From the NCBI RefSeq assembly GCF_009914755.1, contig NC_060926.1: DNA of 64,000 nucleotides. The stretch is one strand, 5' to 3'. Position 1 is the stretch's first letter. Each line of letters begins with the position of its first letter. The translations under genes were made by a program, and so were the position numbers. The notes beneath the pieces are model-generated. The model did no database searches and was not told the DNA's origin. It saw only the letters and a list, made by a program, of their open reading frames with translations. Shown piece after piece: positions 1-13,995 of the stretch. Source of the DNA: the human T2T-CHM13v2.0 reference genome, Homo sapiens.

Positions 1-489
1 AGAACCGATTCCTAAAATCAGAATTACAACATCAAAACTATATAGATGTGAACCAAGTCAGAAAAGCACTTTCCAGCAAGATTGTCCCAGTGACCACCCT
101 AATCACCATGTGTCTCCTTTCACACTTGCCAGAATGGCAGAATGGCTTTCATTAAATTCTAACTGGTGTGACTGCTCCCCATGATTATATCGTTTCTATT
201 TTTCATGCCTGGGGCAGCTGGGAAATGGATAACTCAGACCACAGTGGTTTGCACTCTCTTCTGTGGGCGTTTTCTCAATGCCTTGTGCATGCTAGTTTGT
301 GGGCACCTAAAATTTCAGAGGAAAATGAAAACAGACCCTGATATCAGGGAGCTTTCAAAGCACTTGAAAAGACAAAACTAGACACAAAGAGCAGATATAC
401 CACACCCTGGCCCGCCGCCGCCATCTGCCATCACGCCCTTCCTGGCACAAGCATGACAAAAACTCCTCTGCAGAGCCATGCCACATTGA

Positions 490-1080
490 AAACAGCCGAC
501 CCTCCCTCAGCACCCTCACCACAAACACAGCCGTCCCTCCCTCACTACCCTCACCCCAAACAGCCCACCCTCCCTGACCCTGACCCCAAACACAGCCAAC
601 CCTCCCTCACCACCCTCACCCCAACACAGCCGACCCTCCCTCAGCACCCTCACCCCAAGCACAGCCGACCCTCCCTCAGCACCCTCACCCCAAGCACAGC
701 CGACCCTCCCTCAGCACCCTCACCCCAAGCACAGCCGACCCTCCCTCAGCACCCTCACCCCAAACACAGCCGACCCTCCCTCAGCACCCTCATCCCAAAC
801 ACAGCCGACCCTCCCCTGGGCATCCTGACCCCAAACACAGCTGACCCTCCCCTGGGCACCCTGACCCCAAACAGAGCCAACCCTCCTCTGAGACCCTTAC
901 CCCTGGCAGGATTGACCCCTCCTCTGAGCCCCCTGACCCCGGGAAGGCCTAGCCCCTCCTGTAAGCCCCTGAACCAGGACAGGGCTGACCCTTCCTCTGA
1001 GCTCCCTAAACCAGGACAGGACTAACCTCTCCTCTGAGCCCCCTAACCCCTGGCAGGGCTGACCCCTCCTCTGAGCCTTG
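490..1080. repeat. C-rich minisatellite, 35-bp core unit CACAGCCGACCCTCCCTCAGCACCCTCACCCCAA(G/A), diverging toward the right end
   Basis: Near-perfect copies with 35-bp period from about 625 to 815. Degenerate units (CTGACCCCTCCTCTGAGCCCC...) from about 820 to 1080. Confidence 0.95.
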
Positions 1081-2231
1081 CTGGAATCCTGTGCCAAGAG
1101 GGGCTTGAGTGTGCCAATGAGCCATCCCAGGGCAGTCAGCATTTTACTGTTCTCAGTTCTGAGTATGGTGCATGGGAAAGAACAGGACCTCTGCAAATGA
1201 TTTTAAAGAATGAATAAAACTGAGTACATATCCAAAGGTGGCACAGACTATCAAATATTGAAACTGTGGAAGGAGAGATTGGTGGGGACCAGAGCAGCTG
1301 GGTTTAGGAGCTTTGGTGCCAGACAGAGCTGGGCTTGATATCACCTGTGCCATTTGCAAGCTGTGTGATGTGGCTGAGTTCCCAACCGCCTGAGCCTCCA
1401 TATCCTCATCCATAAAGTACAGGGCTCACAAGACAATGACCTCATGCACTGCTGTGCCCACCACAGCATCCAGTGATCGGCCATGGCATGGGGGCCTGTC
1501 TGGGGAGGACAGGGCACACAGAGGAAGGAAGGATGGGTCTCAGGTGGGCTGACACCTGGGAAAAGGGTGGACAATCTGGGGAACAGGTCAGGAGAAGTAT
1601 AGCTGGACCTCTTTCCCTGGGTTACCAACTTCAAATTCCCAGCATGATCATTGCCCTGCCCTGCACCCCCACCCCACAGCCACACATACTCTCTGACTTC
1701 AGAATGCCCTATGACTGGTGCAAGTAACTTTTTATAATTTAACTGCAAATGTCTTCATTAAAAAAAAAAAGCTATTGCATTTGTGTAAGCCAAACTCTAG
1801 AGGTACACCTTTGTTTGCACCCCAACAAGGTTAGCATAGGGGGAGCACTGAGTTGGGAAGATAGGGTCATTTTCCTCGCCCTACTTATTGGAAAACCACA
1901 TGAATGGAACCTCCAGGACACTTGACAGCTTTGCCCAGTTGGCCTCAAGCTCCAGGACTGAAGGGCTGGAGTCAGCTATAGTCCTGTCCCCATCAGCACA
2001 TGACCTGAGCTCAGCCTTGGGAGTGCTGCATTCCAAGGCCTGTCCAAGGAGGGCTCAGCTTGGGTGGGATAGACCCCTTGTGTTCATGACTGGCCTCGCT
2101 GAGGTTTCTGTGAAAAGGGCGAATAGGAGCCCATGTGTTATCACACCCTCATGTTTGTGTACTCCTACTCCTCCCACAGGCCACCAAGGTGACATAAGCA
2201 GGTCCTTCTCTCTCCTGCCCTATCAAAGTCC

Positions 2232-2350
2232 TGGGCCTTCAGACCAGCAGCACTGGTCACACCTGGGAGCTGGTCAGGAATGCAGAATCCCTGATCCCAC
2301 TCAGATCTGGTGAGTCAGCATCTGCACCTCAACAAGATCCCCAGAGATGG
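2232..2350. mobile_element. MER5A-like hAT-Charlie DNA transposon fragment
   Basis: GACCAGCAGCA...CACCTGGGAGCTGGTCAGGAATGCAGAATC...AACAAGATCCCCAG matches the recalled MER5A consensus. Confidence 0.7.
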
Positions 2351-2480
2351 GTGGGCACCTTCGGTCTGATGCCATGCCCATCGCCCACAGCTGGCTCCAT
2401 GTATCTCTTGGCCCCTTCACACCCCGGAGAGCTATTTTCTGACAACCCACAGCACAACTGCAAGACCTGGTTTCTCCCAG

Positions 2481-2508
2481 CATGACCATGACCATGACCA
2501 TGACCATG
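2481..2508. repeat. (CATGAC)n hexamer microsatellite
   Basis: About 4.5 tandem CATGAC units. Confidence 0.9.
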
Positions 2509-4089
2509 CATCACCATGAGCATCGAATCCTCCCTGCCCTCCCAAGATGGCCTCTTCTCAGTGCCATAGGGAGGGGAAAGAGCTTGATGAGTTGGTTGGA
2601 TTTGCAGCAACTCAGAGGCAGGGGAAATTGACATCAAAAGAGAACAGAGCTGTCAACCGCCTAAGAGATTTTCTTCCAATTCCATTAAAAATGTATTTCA
2701 TAAAAACAGAGGCCACTTAAATAAATCCATGTCAGGGAATGAGAGATTTTGGAGAGACTCACCCGTGTTTCCACAGGAAAGGGCTCCATCCAAAGGCAGG
2801 TTCAACTCCCAGGAGAAGCACCTTAATGGCATTCAGGAAACATTGCATTTCAGGAAACGGAATCCCAGAAATGTCTAACTTCATGACTGCAGGAAATTGG
2901 AGGAATGAGGTCTATTTAAAAGATCAGCCTGTGAGATGGAACTCAGAGAAAAGGTGTCCTAGAAATGATGATGGAAACATGGTGTTAGAGAAGTTAAATT
3001 AAAACGGAATCACCCTCTGGGCTGTTTTCATCACCTGGGAATTCTCAGTGAATCCTCAGGAACCCTAGAATACTGCAGTGCTATAATTATGGTGTGCAAT
3101 CCACTCGTATCTAGTATGAAGCCTAAATGACAAGTCTATCAAAACAATAATAGCTTAATAGCAACCATTAAGAGATGGGCAATATAAAAATAATTAAATC
3201 AAGACAACCAAAAGTAAAAACATGGATAGGAGGGAGTTAAACTGTAGAGGATTTTTTGGTTTTTTTTAATTTCCATTTTTTGTGATCTAAGATAAGTTGT
3301 CATCCCTTTAAAATAACTCTTTATATCTATAAAATGTGTTTTGTAAGCCTCATGGTAACCGCAAAGCAAAAACATGTAATAGATTACTGAAAAAAAAATG
3401 AATTAAAACATGCTACCAGAGAAAAATTACTTAGTCACAAAAGGAAGACAGGAAGAAAGGAAGAGAGAAATTACAAAACAACCAGACAACAAGCAGCAAA
3501 GTGGCAGTAGTAAATCCTTACTTATCAATGATAGCACTGAATGTAAATGGACTCAGTTCTCTAATTAAGACGCAGAGTTCACACTGGAGAGAAGCCTCCA
3601 AATATAAAATTTTTTAAAAGACACAAAATGGCTGAACAAATAAAGAAACAAGATCCAGCTATATGCTGTATAGAAGGAACCCCCCTCTGCTATAAAGACA
3701 CACACAGACTGGAAGTGAAGGGATAGAAAAATGTAATCCATAAAAGTAGAAACCAGAAAAGAGCAGGAGTAGCTACATTTGTATCAGTTAAAATAGAGTA
3801 CAAGTCAAAGGCTGTAAGAAGAAACAAAGAAGATCACTATATAATGGTAAAGGGGTCAATTCATCGAGATGATATAATAACTATAAATATCTATGCACCT
3901 AACACTAAAGCACCCAATTATATAAACCAAATGCTAATAGATCTAAAGGGAGAGACTGCAATACAGTAGCAGTAGGGGACTTCAGCCTCCCACTCTCAGT
4001 AATGGACAGATATCCAGACAGAAAATCAACAAAGAAACATCAGAGTTAAACTACACACTAGACCAAATAAGCCTAACTGACATTCATAG

Positions 4090-4464
<375 letters not shown>

Positions 4465-4540
4465 TAAAAATAAAAAACATGCTCCTGAATGGCCAATGGG
4501 TCAGCAAGGAAATCAAGAGGGAAAGTAAAAAATTTCCGAG

Positions 4541-4938
<398 letters not shown>

Positions 4939-6959
4939 TCAAAAATGTAAACAAGCATCAAATAAGCAACCCAATGATGCACCTCAAGAAACTAGAATCA
5001 CAAAAACAAACCAAACCCAAAATTAGTAGAAGGAAAGAAATAATAAAGATCAGAGCAGAAATAACTGGAAGTGAAACTTTAAAAATTATAAAAGATCAAT
5101 GTAATAATGTGAAATATCTATGCAAGAAAAACTATAAAACACTGCTTAAAGAAATTGAATAGGACACAAAAAAGTGGAAAGATATTCCATGATCATGGAT
5201 TGAAAGAATTAATATTGTTAAAACAACAATATTACCCAAAACAATTTACAGATTCAATGCAATGTCTATCAAAATACCAATGGCATTCTTCACAGAAATA
5301 TAGAAAGCAATCCTATATTGATAATCCTAAAATCTATATGGAACCACAAAAGACCCTGAATAGCCACAGCAATCCTGAGGGGAAAAAAAAAAAAAAAAAA
5401 GCTGGAGGCATCACATTACCTGACTTCAAATTATACTACAAAGCTATAGTAACCAAATCAGCATGGTAGTGGCATTAAAACAGACACAGAAATCAATGGA
5501 ACAGAATAGAGAACCACTATATAAATCCACACATTTACAGCCAATTCATTTTTTGAAAAAGGCCCTAAGAACATACAGTGAGAAAAGAGCAGTCTCTTCA
5601 ATAAATGGTGCTGGGAAAACTGGATATCCATATGCAGAAGAATGAAACTAGACTCCTATCTCTCACTACATACAAAAATCAAATCAAAATGGATTAAAGG
5701 CTTACATCTGAGACCTGAAACTATGAAACTACTAAAAGAAAATTTTGTAGAAATGCTCCAGGACATTGATCTGGAGCTCAAAAACACAGGCAACAAAAGC
5801 AAAAATGGACGAATGGGATTATATCAAGTTAAAAAGCCTCTGTACATCAAAAGAAACAATTAACAAAGTGAAGAGACAACCTACAGAATGGGAGAAAATA
5901 TTTGCAAACTATCCATCTGACAATGGATTAATAACCAGAATATATAAGTTACTCAACAACAGTAAAAAAAAAAAAAAAGTAAAAATGGGCAAAAGATCTG
6001 AAATAGACATTTCTCAAAAAAAGACATTTGTTTAATGGCCACTACACATATGAAAAAAAAATGCTTGATGTCAGTAATCATCAGAGAAATGCAAACCAAA
6101 ACCACAATGAGACATCATCTCACCCCAGTTAGAATGGCTTATTATCAAAAAGACAAAAAATAGCATGCTGGCAAGGTTGTGGAGAAAGGAGAACCCTCGT
6201 ATGCTGTTGTGGGAATGTAAATTAGTACAGCCACTGTGGTAAACAGTATGGCTATTTCTCAAAAAATTAAAAATAGAACTACCATATGATCCAGCAATTC
6301 CACTACTGTGTATACATCCAAAAGAAAGGAAATCAATATCTGCACTCCCATGTTTGTTGCAGCACAACTCACAATAGCCAAAACATGTAATCAACCTAAA
6401 TGTCCATCAATAGGTGAATATGTAAAGAAAATGTGATATATAAACACAATGGAATATTATTCAGTCATTAAAAATAATGAAACCCTGTCATTTGCAGCAA
6501 CATAGATGGAACTGGAGGTCAGTATGTTAAGTGAACTAAGTCAGGCACAGAAAGACAAATATCACATGTTCTCACCCATATGTGGGAGCTAAAAAAAATA
6601 AACAGGGAGGGTCTCATGAAGATGAAGTATATTGGTAGTTATCAGAGGCCAGGAATGGTAGAGGGCAGCAGGGATTAAGTGAGGTTGATTAATGGCTGCA
6701 AATATATATTTAGATAAATGAAGTGAGACCTGGTGTTCAATAGATCAGTAAGACGACTATACTTAACACTAATCAATTATACATTTCAAAATAACCAGAA
6801 GATAATTTGAATGTTCTTAACATTAAAAAAAGATAAATATTTAAGATGATGAATAGCCCAATTACCCTTATCTGGTTATAGAAATGAATCAAACTATCAC
6901 ATGCACCCCAAAAATATGTACATCTGATGTATCAATAAAAATAAAAGACAGTGTCAGGC

Positions 6960-7172
6960 AGAGAGGGAGAGAATTCTCCCTTACTCCACACTTTCGTTCT
7001 ATCTGGAACCTCAAATGATTAGACAAGATCCACCCACATAGGGGAGGCCATCTGCTTTATTCAGTCTATGAATTCAAATTAATCTCATCCAGAATCACCC
7101 TCCCAGAATAATGTTTGAGCAAATATCTGGGCACCCCATGGCCTAGTCAAGTTGACATATAAAATTAATCAC
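6960..7172 (-). mobile_element. MLT2 (ERVL) LTR, 5' portion
   Basis: Reverse complement begins TGTGATTAATTTTATATGTCAACTTGACTAGG...GCCCAGATATTTGCTCAAACATTATT, matching the recalled MLT2 LTR start. Confidence 0.75.
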
Positions 7173-10100
7173 AGAGACTAAACTGTATTTTCCAACTCTA
7201 GACCCCAGAATCATGACTTATAGATCCAGAAATTCTCCAGAATGTCTAGCTCCTCATACACAAGTATAATTAGAGGGATCTTAAACTTGGAATTGTATGA
7301 AGACCACACAGGGATTTGCTGGACCATCTGAGCCCACATTCTGGAATAAAAACTATGTATCGCATCATGAGTGAAGCAAACTTAAATCAATTCCGCTGTA
7401 AAGATACCCAGTGCAGACCTGGGGCTGTCTCCGTGAGGGTAGAGTGACTTCAGCAGAGAGCCACAGCACAGCAAAGTCCAACCTCACCACTAACAGCAAG
7501 GGTGAGGGCATTGGTAAGCTCCTATAACCAGGCCTCCATGGCTGGCTGGAGCGCAGCCCTCCTCCTACACCTCTTCCTACTCCCACTGTCACCCCTCATG
7601 TGCTCTTGGCTGTGCCCACTGCTGAGTGTGGCATTGTCAGGTAGGAGCTGGCCACATCTAGACATGGAAATACCCTGAGGCAGAGAGGCTGCCCTCTTCC
7701 TTGAGACCCTTGCTCAGAGCTAAGTTCTCTTGCTCAAAGCCCCAGCAGCCACCCCAGGTCTCCTTGGCCAGAGTTGATTGCAGGCTGGACCCTAACCCAG
7801 CCAGATGCAAGAGGCACTGACCAAGCCACCCAGAGTGGGGCTGGGGCTGGGGATGGGGCAAGACCTGCACAGCATGGAGCTAGGTGAGGAAGTGCAGCCC
7901 AGCATCGGTGGTACAAACTAATGCCTGAGTTTCTGTTCACACAGTGAGGACAGCAGAGGGGAGGAGAGGCCACAGGACAGGTGCCCAATGCTGCCAGCAA
8001 GAATTGGCTCTGACCAGCTAGGATCAGGCTGTGGCTTGGGCTCACAAGTCTTCTCCTTCACCAGGAAGACGAGCATTTGTGGTATCAACTGAGATACTTC
8101 AGGGAAACTGCTGGTTCATGGTAAGCATCCGTGGAGCATGGTTTCAAGATCCTTACTTATGCTGCAGTTTTGAAATGACCAAGAAGGCCTCATTCAAAAA
8201 GTGTATGCTGTTGCCCTCATCCCTCCATCATTCCCCTATTTGCTGGCTGAGTCCTGGAAACCCTTTACCAAGAGACAAGGTTTTCCCTAATCTAATAAAG
8301 CACGAGGCTGGAAATAGAAATCCCTGCAGTGAGAGCCTGCCGTGGCCACACGCACCCAGAGTAAACCAAGCCGATGACAATATGGCCAGAGCCAGCCCTC
8401 AAGGGCCCAGCCTTCCCCACTAACAGGGCTGCTCATGTCCCAGACATGGTGACATCAGACCCTGGCCTGGACACGGATTTGTAACTGGGGGTTAGGGTGG
8501 GCCTAACCGGACACAGGCACAGGAGCACTCCCGGAATCCTAAGGAGGAAGGACAATGTCAGGGGGACTGAGGACCGCCCCCTGCCCAGCCCTAGGCAGCT
8601 GTTTGTGCACTAGGCAACATGGTGGGCCTTGTCCCTGCCCTGGGCCCTCCCTCCCTGAGGCTGAACTTGGTGTGTCCTTGCCCTAGTGCACCAGTGTCTG
8701 CTCCTATCTGTCCTCGCCCCTTCCCTCTGGGACCCACCAGACACATGCGATGTGGCTACAGTCGCCCCCTCCTCCCCATCCCCTCATTCTCTCCCCAGAG
8801 CCTGCCTATCACCTGCCCCAGCACCAGGGCCTTGTCTCTGGAAAGGTCTCTGCTGGTTCCTGTGGAAGGGCCAGTCCCGGGCCACGGTCCACGCAATGAG
8901 CACTGGACACAGGAGTCTGGGACCAAACCCACCTGCTCCCTGGCAACCCGAATCCTGGGCCTCTCACTCCCACCTAAATCCTCTAAGCCTTGGCTTCTGC
9001 TTATGTAAAATGGAGAGTCACAGTCTCTTCCCCCAGGCTCTCGCGTGAAGCTTTCTGAAATAGCAATGGCGATGTGCTTTGTTGGTGCTGGGCACTGCAC
9101 AGCGCTTGCCACACAGCGGCCCTGGGCTGCTCCCTGACTCACTCACATCCTCCCATTGCCATTGCGGCCTCCGCCTGGAGATCTGGGCTTCCCGGTCAGT
9201 CTCTCTGGACCCTGGGCCCTAATTCTTCTGCATCCTGGTGACCTGTGGGACCTGCTTCCAGCAGAAAACCACCCACAAAGCCCAGGTGCCACAAGCTGGG
9301 ACTCCCATCACAGCAGCTGCAGGCCACAGTCGGGGGGAGGGGTGGGCAGTGCCCTCTGCAGGCCTGTTCCTCAGGAGAAAGCTGGAGTTGTCATCAGCCC
9401 GGTGGGGCGAAGCCAACTTTTCCCCAGGGCTTTGCAGCCAGCGCCTCCTCGTGTCCATTCAGCCATGCCAGCCATGTGCTTCCCCCGGCCCCAGACACTG
9501 CCTCCTCGTTGGTTGAACGAATAAACAAGCAAAGATGGTTCTGGCGTTGGCCTGTGGAGTCAAAGCATCAGGGGCACACTCCCTCCACGGCCTTCCCAGG
9601 GCAGCGAGGGTGCCTGGATGCCAAGGCAGGGGCTTGGGTGGATCAGAACCCCTCAGGACCTACTCCTCATCCTCCCCCAGAGGCCTAGGGTTGCGGGGTG
9701 AGCCCACCCTCTCCTTTCCATGGGAATCAGAGCAGAAACTTGGGACCTTCCAGAGCAAAGAAGTGTAAGGTGCAGGAGGACGCCAGGTGTCTGCAGCTGG
9801 GCCTGCCCCACCGATGACTAACTTAGTTCCTCCAGGCTGCCACAGGGCTCCCTAATCAGCCCAACACAAAAATCAATACACACTCACCAGATCCATTACA
9901 GAGACGTGAGGGGGGGACGTGCTTTCACGCCTGCTTTTTGTAAATCAGCATATAATCTTCTGTCATTTTTCTGATTATAAATCTGTATTCATTGCAGAAA
10001 ATTAGCAAATAGAGGAAAGGATGAAAAAGAAAGAAAAGCTCTCCATAATTTTCCTACCCAGAAAACCACGGTGAGCAACTCAGTACATTTCTTTATTTTT

Positions 10101-13100
10101 TAAGTGAAATTATATGGAATATTCAGTTTTGTAACCTGATTTTTCAGTTAGTCGTTTATAATACCATATTCCTACTTCCTTAAAAATTCTCAAAACCCAG
10201 GAAGCTTTCTTCCAGTCGTTCGCTGCTAGATGTGACGTCGTTTCCCAAGTTGCACCATCATAAACAGCAACACAATGGCAATTCCTACCCCACATCTCTA
10301 AAGCGGCCACTGCGGTCATCCCTCCCCACGTACTCCTCCTGGGCATGCAGCCAGGCTGTGTCCCAGCCTCCCTGCAGGTGAGAGTGAGTGACTGAGCTTG
10401 GACAGGCCCTGGAAGCCTCCCGCACACTCTTCCCCTTGGAAGCCAATGCTCATAATGCCAGAGCCTTCATCATCATGGGTCCCTGAACGACCCCATGGAA
10501 AAGAGCGGCCCTACAGATCAGGTCCGCAGCCCAGGAGAGCCAGGTGACCAAGAAATGAACTTCTGTTTTATTAAGGCACCACCTGTTTGGGTCTACCTAT
10601 GACTATGCCACTCTCACCAATCCAGGTACATTCCCAGAACATCTTACCAAACTTTGAGTGTGGCCCATGACCCCCAGCCCCTGAGTGTTAAGAGGCCACT
10701 GTAACGACCCTCGTAGGAGGTGCACAATGGGAGTCTGCAGGGAGAATGCTAACTCAGGGCAAAGACAGCGTGGGCCAGTGCCACGTGAGCTCACCTTGAT
10801 GCTGGGAAGCAGTCCTCAAAGAAAGGCACCCTCCTACCTTCCAGCCGCCTTTGGGCTAGGTCATCAGCGCTCTCACCATCTGCAAGAGAAGACAGACGTG
10901 GAGCAAGTGCACAAAGGCAGGACTTGGGTTTCAAGAGGGAAGCACCCCGCATGGGAACACCTGGCAGGGGAAAAATCTACCCCCAGGAAGGGCAAAGCTG
11001 GAGGGTCTCCCTGAGGAATTGACCTCCACACTGAAATCTGAAGGATGAGATGACAGAATTAACCTGGTAAAGGGGAGAGAGACTCAGAAGAACTTCCCAG
11101 GCAAAAGACAGAATGGCTGAAAATTTCCCCCCAAATAATGGTCTTCTTCCACATTCCCCACCTTAGCAAATGGCCCCATCAGGCAACCAGCACCTCCAAA
11201 CAAAGAGGCAGGAGCAATTCCACACACTCTCCCACCCCTCCGAGGCCAAAGTCCATCTCTGCGGCCCACCCCCACCCTGGGTGCCTTCACCCATGGCCCC
11301 CAGCCCAGACTCCACCCTCAGCGGAGGGTCCTTTCATGACCACTCTGGTCACAGCATCCCAGCTTCAATCCCTGCATCCAGTCCCCACTCTTCTGAGGGC
11401 AAGACCAAAGCCACCACCTCCATGCGACCTCCTGCTTTCTCCACTATGGAAGGTGTATCCAACCCTCCTTGCTCCAGGGACCAGGTCCAGCTAGGGGAGC
11501 TGAGATGCTGAGGCTGCCTGCTTGTCTAGCAGAAAGACAGGTCTGTGCTATTTGGTGTACAAGTGCTCAAGATAGAAGCAAGCCCAGGGTCCATGACACC
11601 CAGAGGAGAGTTACCTCCTGGGCTCAGGCTGGAATCAGGGATGGCTTCCTGGAGGAGGTGGTACCTTTCCCAAGTCTCAAGTAGCAAGTGGGAGTTACCT
11701 GGAAAGAGGAGGAGGAGAATCGGGAAGACGTGAATGGTAGTCCTGAGGCCCCGGCTTTTTCAGAGAAGGCTAACAGGCCCCTGAGGGTGGGAGTCAGGGA
11801 AACACTCTAGCTTTCAAAACCACAACCCCCTGAGTCCCTCAGAGGACCATCCAGGCCAGATGTTGCTTCAAAGCTGTCAGAAACTTTGGGTCACCTCAGT
11901 TTACACCAGGGTCCCCATGTGAGGGCAATGCTTGCACTGTTTGCCGCTCTCCTGTGCTGTTTGCTGCTAGGCTCAGGGGTCGGCCTTGCTGGGTGTCCTG
12001 CGCTCTGGCCCCTGCCTGGATACATGGGTCTTCCTCAGTTTCCCAGGGAATTCTCATTTCACATGAACTCAGTCACTTGCAGGCTGCCCATTCCACAGGA
12101 GCCTTGCGTTGAGCTGGCCAGGGCGCTGGGCTGCAGAGGAAACAACTCCTCTCCTGCTGTCATTGCCCTGCCAAGTCCTGTTCACCCTTCCTGACAACAG
12201 TGATATTTTTACATTTGCATTCCCGGCCACTGGCCCTGTGTTGTCTGTGAGCATGTATTGAATAAATAAATGAGACCCTAGTGTCACACCAGGAGGCCCC
12301 AGCCGGCAGGAGAGCCTGGCATTGCAGGGCTTTGCCACGCTGTGCTTCCCTCCCCCGTGCCTGCCCGAGGGGAAGAGCTTGGGCAGGTTCTGCATCTCCC
12401 TAAGCATCATCCTCACTCCTGAGACACCAGAGTGGGCCCATAGTTACTGTGGTTACCCAGGCTGGTGAGCGCCCCCGCCTCCACATGCATCTGTCTTCCC
12501 AGGGCCATCCCCAGGGTGGAGGTTCCTGCAACGCCTCAGGACCAAAGTCCCACACTGAGATGGGCCGGTCCAGAGCCTCCTGAATCCCCTGGACTCCCTG
12601 TCTCTGCCCTTCTCCTGTCTGTGCCTGGCGTAGGTCCGAGGGATGCAACAGTGGGCAGAGCCCGCAGGAGGGGCCCGCAGGCTGGAAAGACAGTTGGTAA
12701 AAAAGGAAGTATATCATCTCCTGTCTGGTGGTGATAAACGAGCAGCGTGGAGAGAGACGGAGGCATCTGTAGATCGGTGCTCTCTGACAAGGTGACATTG
12801 AGCCAAGATCGGAGCAGAGAGTGTGAGAGAATGCAGGGGTGGGAAGTGTTGGTGGACACAGAGCAAGGACAAAGGCCTGGGGGACAGCAGGCATGTGCCC
12901 CCGCATGAGTGACTGAGAAGGGACCACAGTGGCTGGAGATGAGAGGGGCACACTGGGGCAGGAGGCAAAGTGGGGAGGCAGATTTTGGGGGAGGCAGATC
13001 CAGGGGGCCAGGGCAGACCTGACCCAAGGGCTTACCCCCACAGACTCTTGGGGCAGAGCGGGAGGCAGAGGAGAGGGTGGACCAGGGGATGCTGGGGGGC

Positions 13101-13729
13101 AGCTGAGCAGCCAGGGTACAAAATCCATTTGGAAGACAACGGCCTTTGCCTCTAGGAAAGGGGGCTCCCTCAAACGGGGTGAGCCAGAGAGAGGAGCCAC
13201 CATCTGCACGAGGGCATGAGCCACTCCTTGAAGTGGCCAGTGGACACTCAGCTTCTCCCCCGCATGTGAGAGAGCCTCCCACAAAATCATCACTACCCTT
13301 GGTTGCTTGACAAACAAGGCCCAGGTTAACACAAACATGTCTGTTCATCACGTGTGTGCTTTTCCCTGAGCACAGGACATGAATCCACCCCGCCTCCCCG
13401 GACAGAGATGGACAGCCGCAAGGATGTTAGCAGGTTAATAATGACAGTCACTTTCCTTCCTCCTAATCACCAGAGCTCATTGCCTCCAGGCAAGTGTGAG
13501 AGATGGCAGGACCTGGCCTCTTCGAGACCCCAAAAATGAGTCTTTATCCCCCAAAGAGAAGTGCAAAGCACCACGCTGTGCTTATTGTGTGCCCTAAAGT
13601 GTGTCTTTCATTTCAGACCCAACAAGCCAGATGGTCACTGGTAATGCTACTTTAACACACGTGGAATGCAACCTCAATTTATATCAATTTAAAAAGGTCC
13701 TAACTCCTACCGTGTGCAAGAGAGGCAGT

Positions 13730-13995
13730 TATACAATGCGGTATAATGCAACACAACAGCACAGTACAACGTAGTGCAACACAACAGCACAGTACAACGT
13801 AGTACAACACAACGCAGTGTAACATAATATAATACAGTGCAGTGCAACATAGCACAACACAGCGAGTACAACATGGTCCAGTGCAACACAGTGCAATGTA
13901 ATAGCATACAGTGCAGTACTGGAAAACACTACGTAAGCAGGAAGCACACTACAGCACGGCACAGGACAATATACAAGTAATGCGATGCAATCATT
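13730..13995. repeat. Degenerate pentamer-based simple repeat (CACAG/TACAA/CAACA) with an internal 28-bp duplication
   Basis: TGCAACACAACAGCACAGTACAACGTAG occurs twice in tandem from 13747. Confidence 0.85.

Noticed and set aside
453-1025. 190-aa Pro/Ser/Thr-rich mucin-like ORF
   Set aside because: It is derived entirely from the 35-bp minisatellite, whose period is not a multiple of 3.
2329-2637. ORF with an HGHGHGH metal-binding-like motif
   Set aside because: The motif is produced by the (CATGAC)n microsatellite.
8091-8104. GAGATACTTCAGGG resembles the recalled start of the ANXA11 last exon, the expected neighbour of PLAC9
   Set aside because: Similarity stops after about 14 nt and no annexin repeat peptide appears in any frame.
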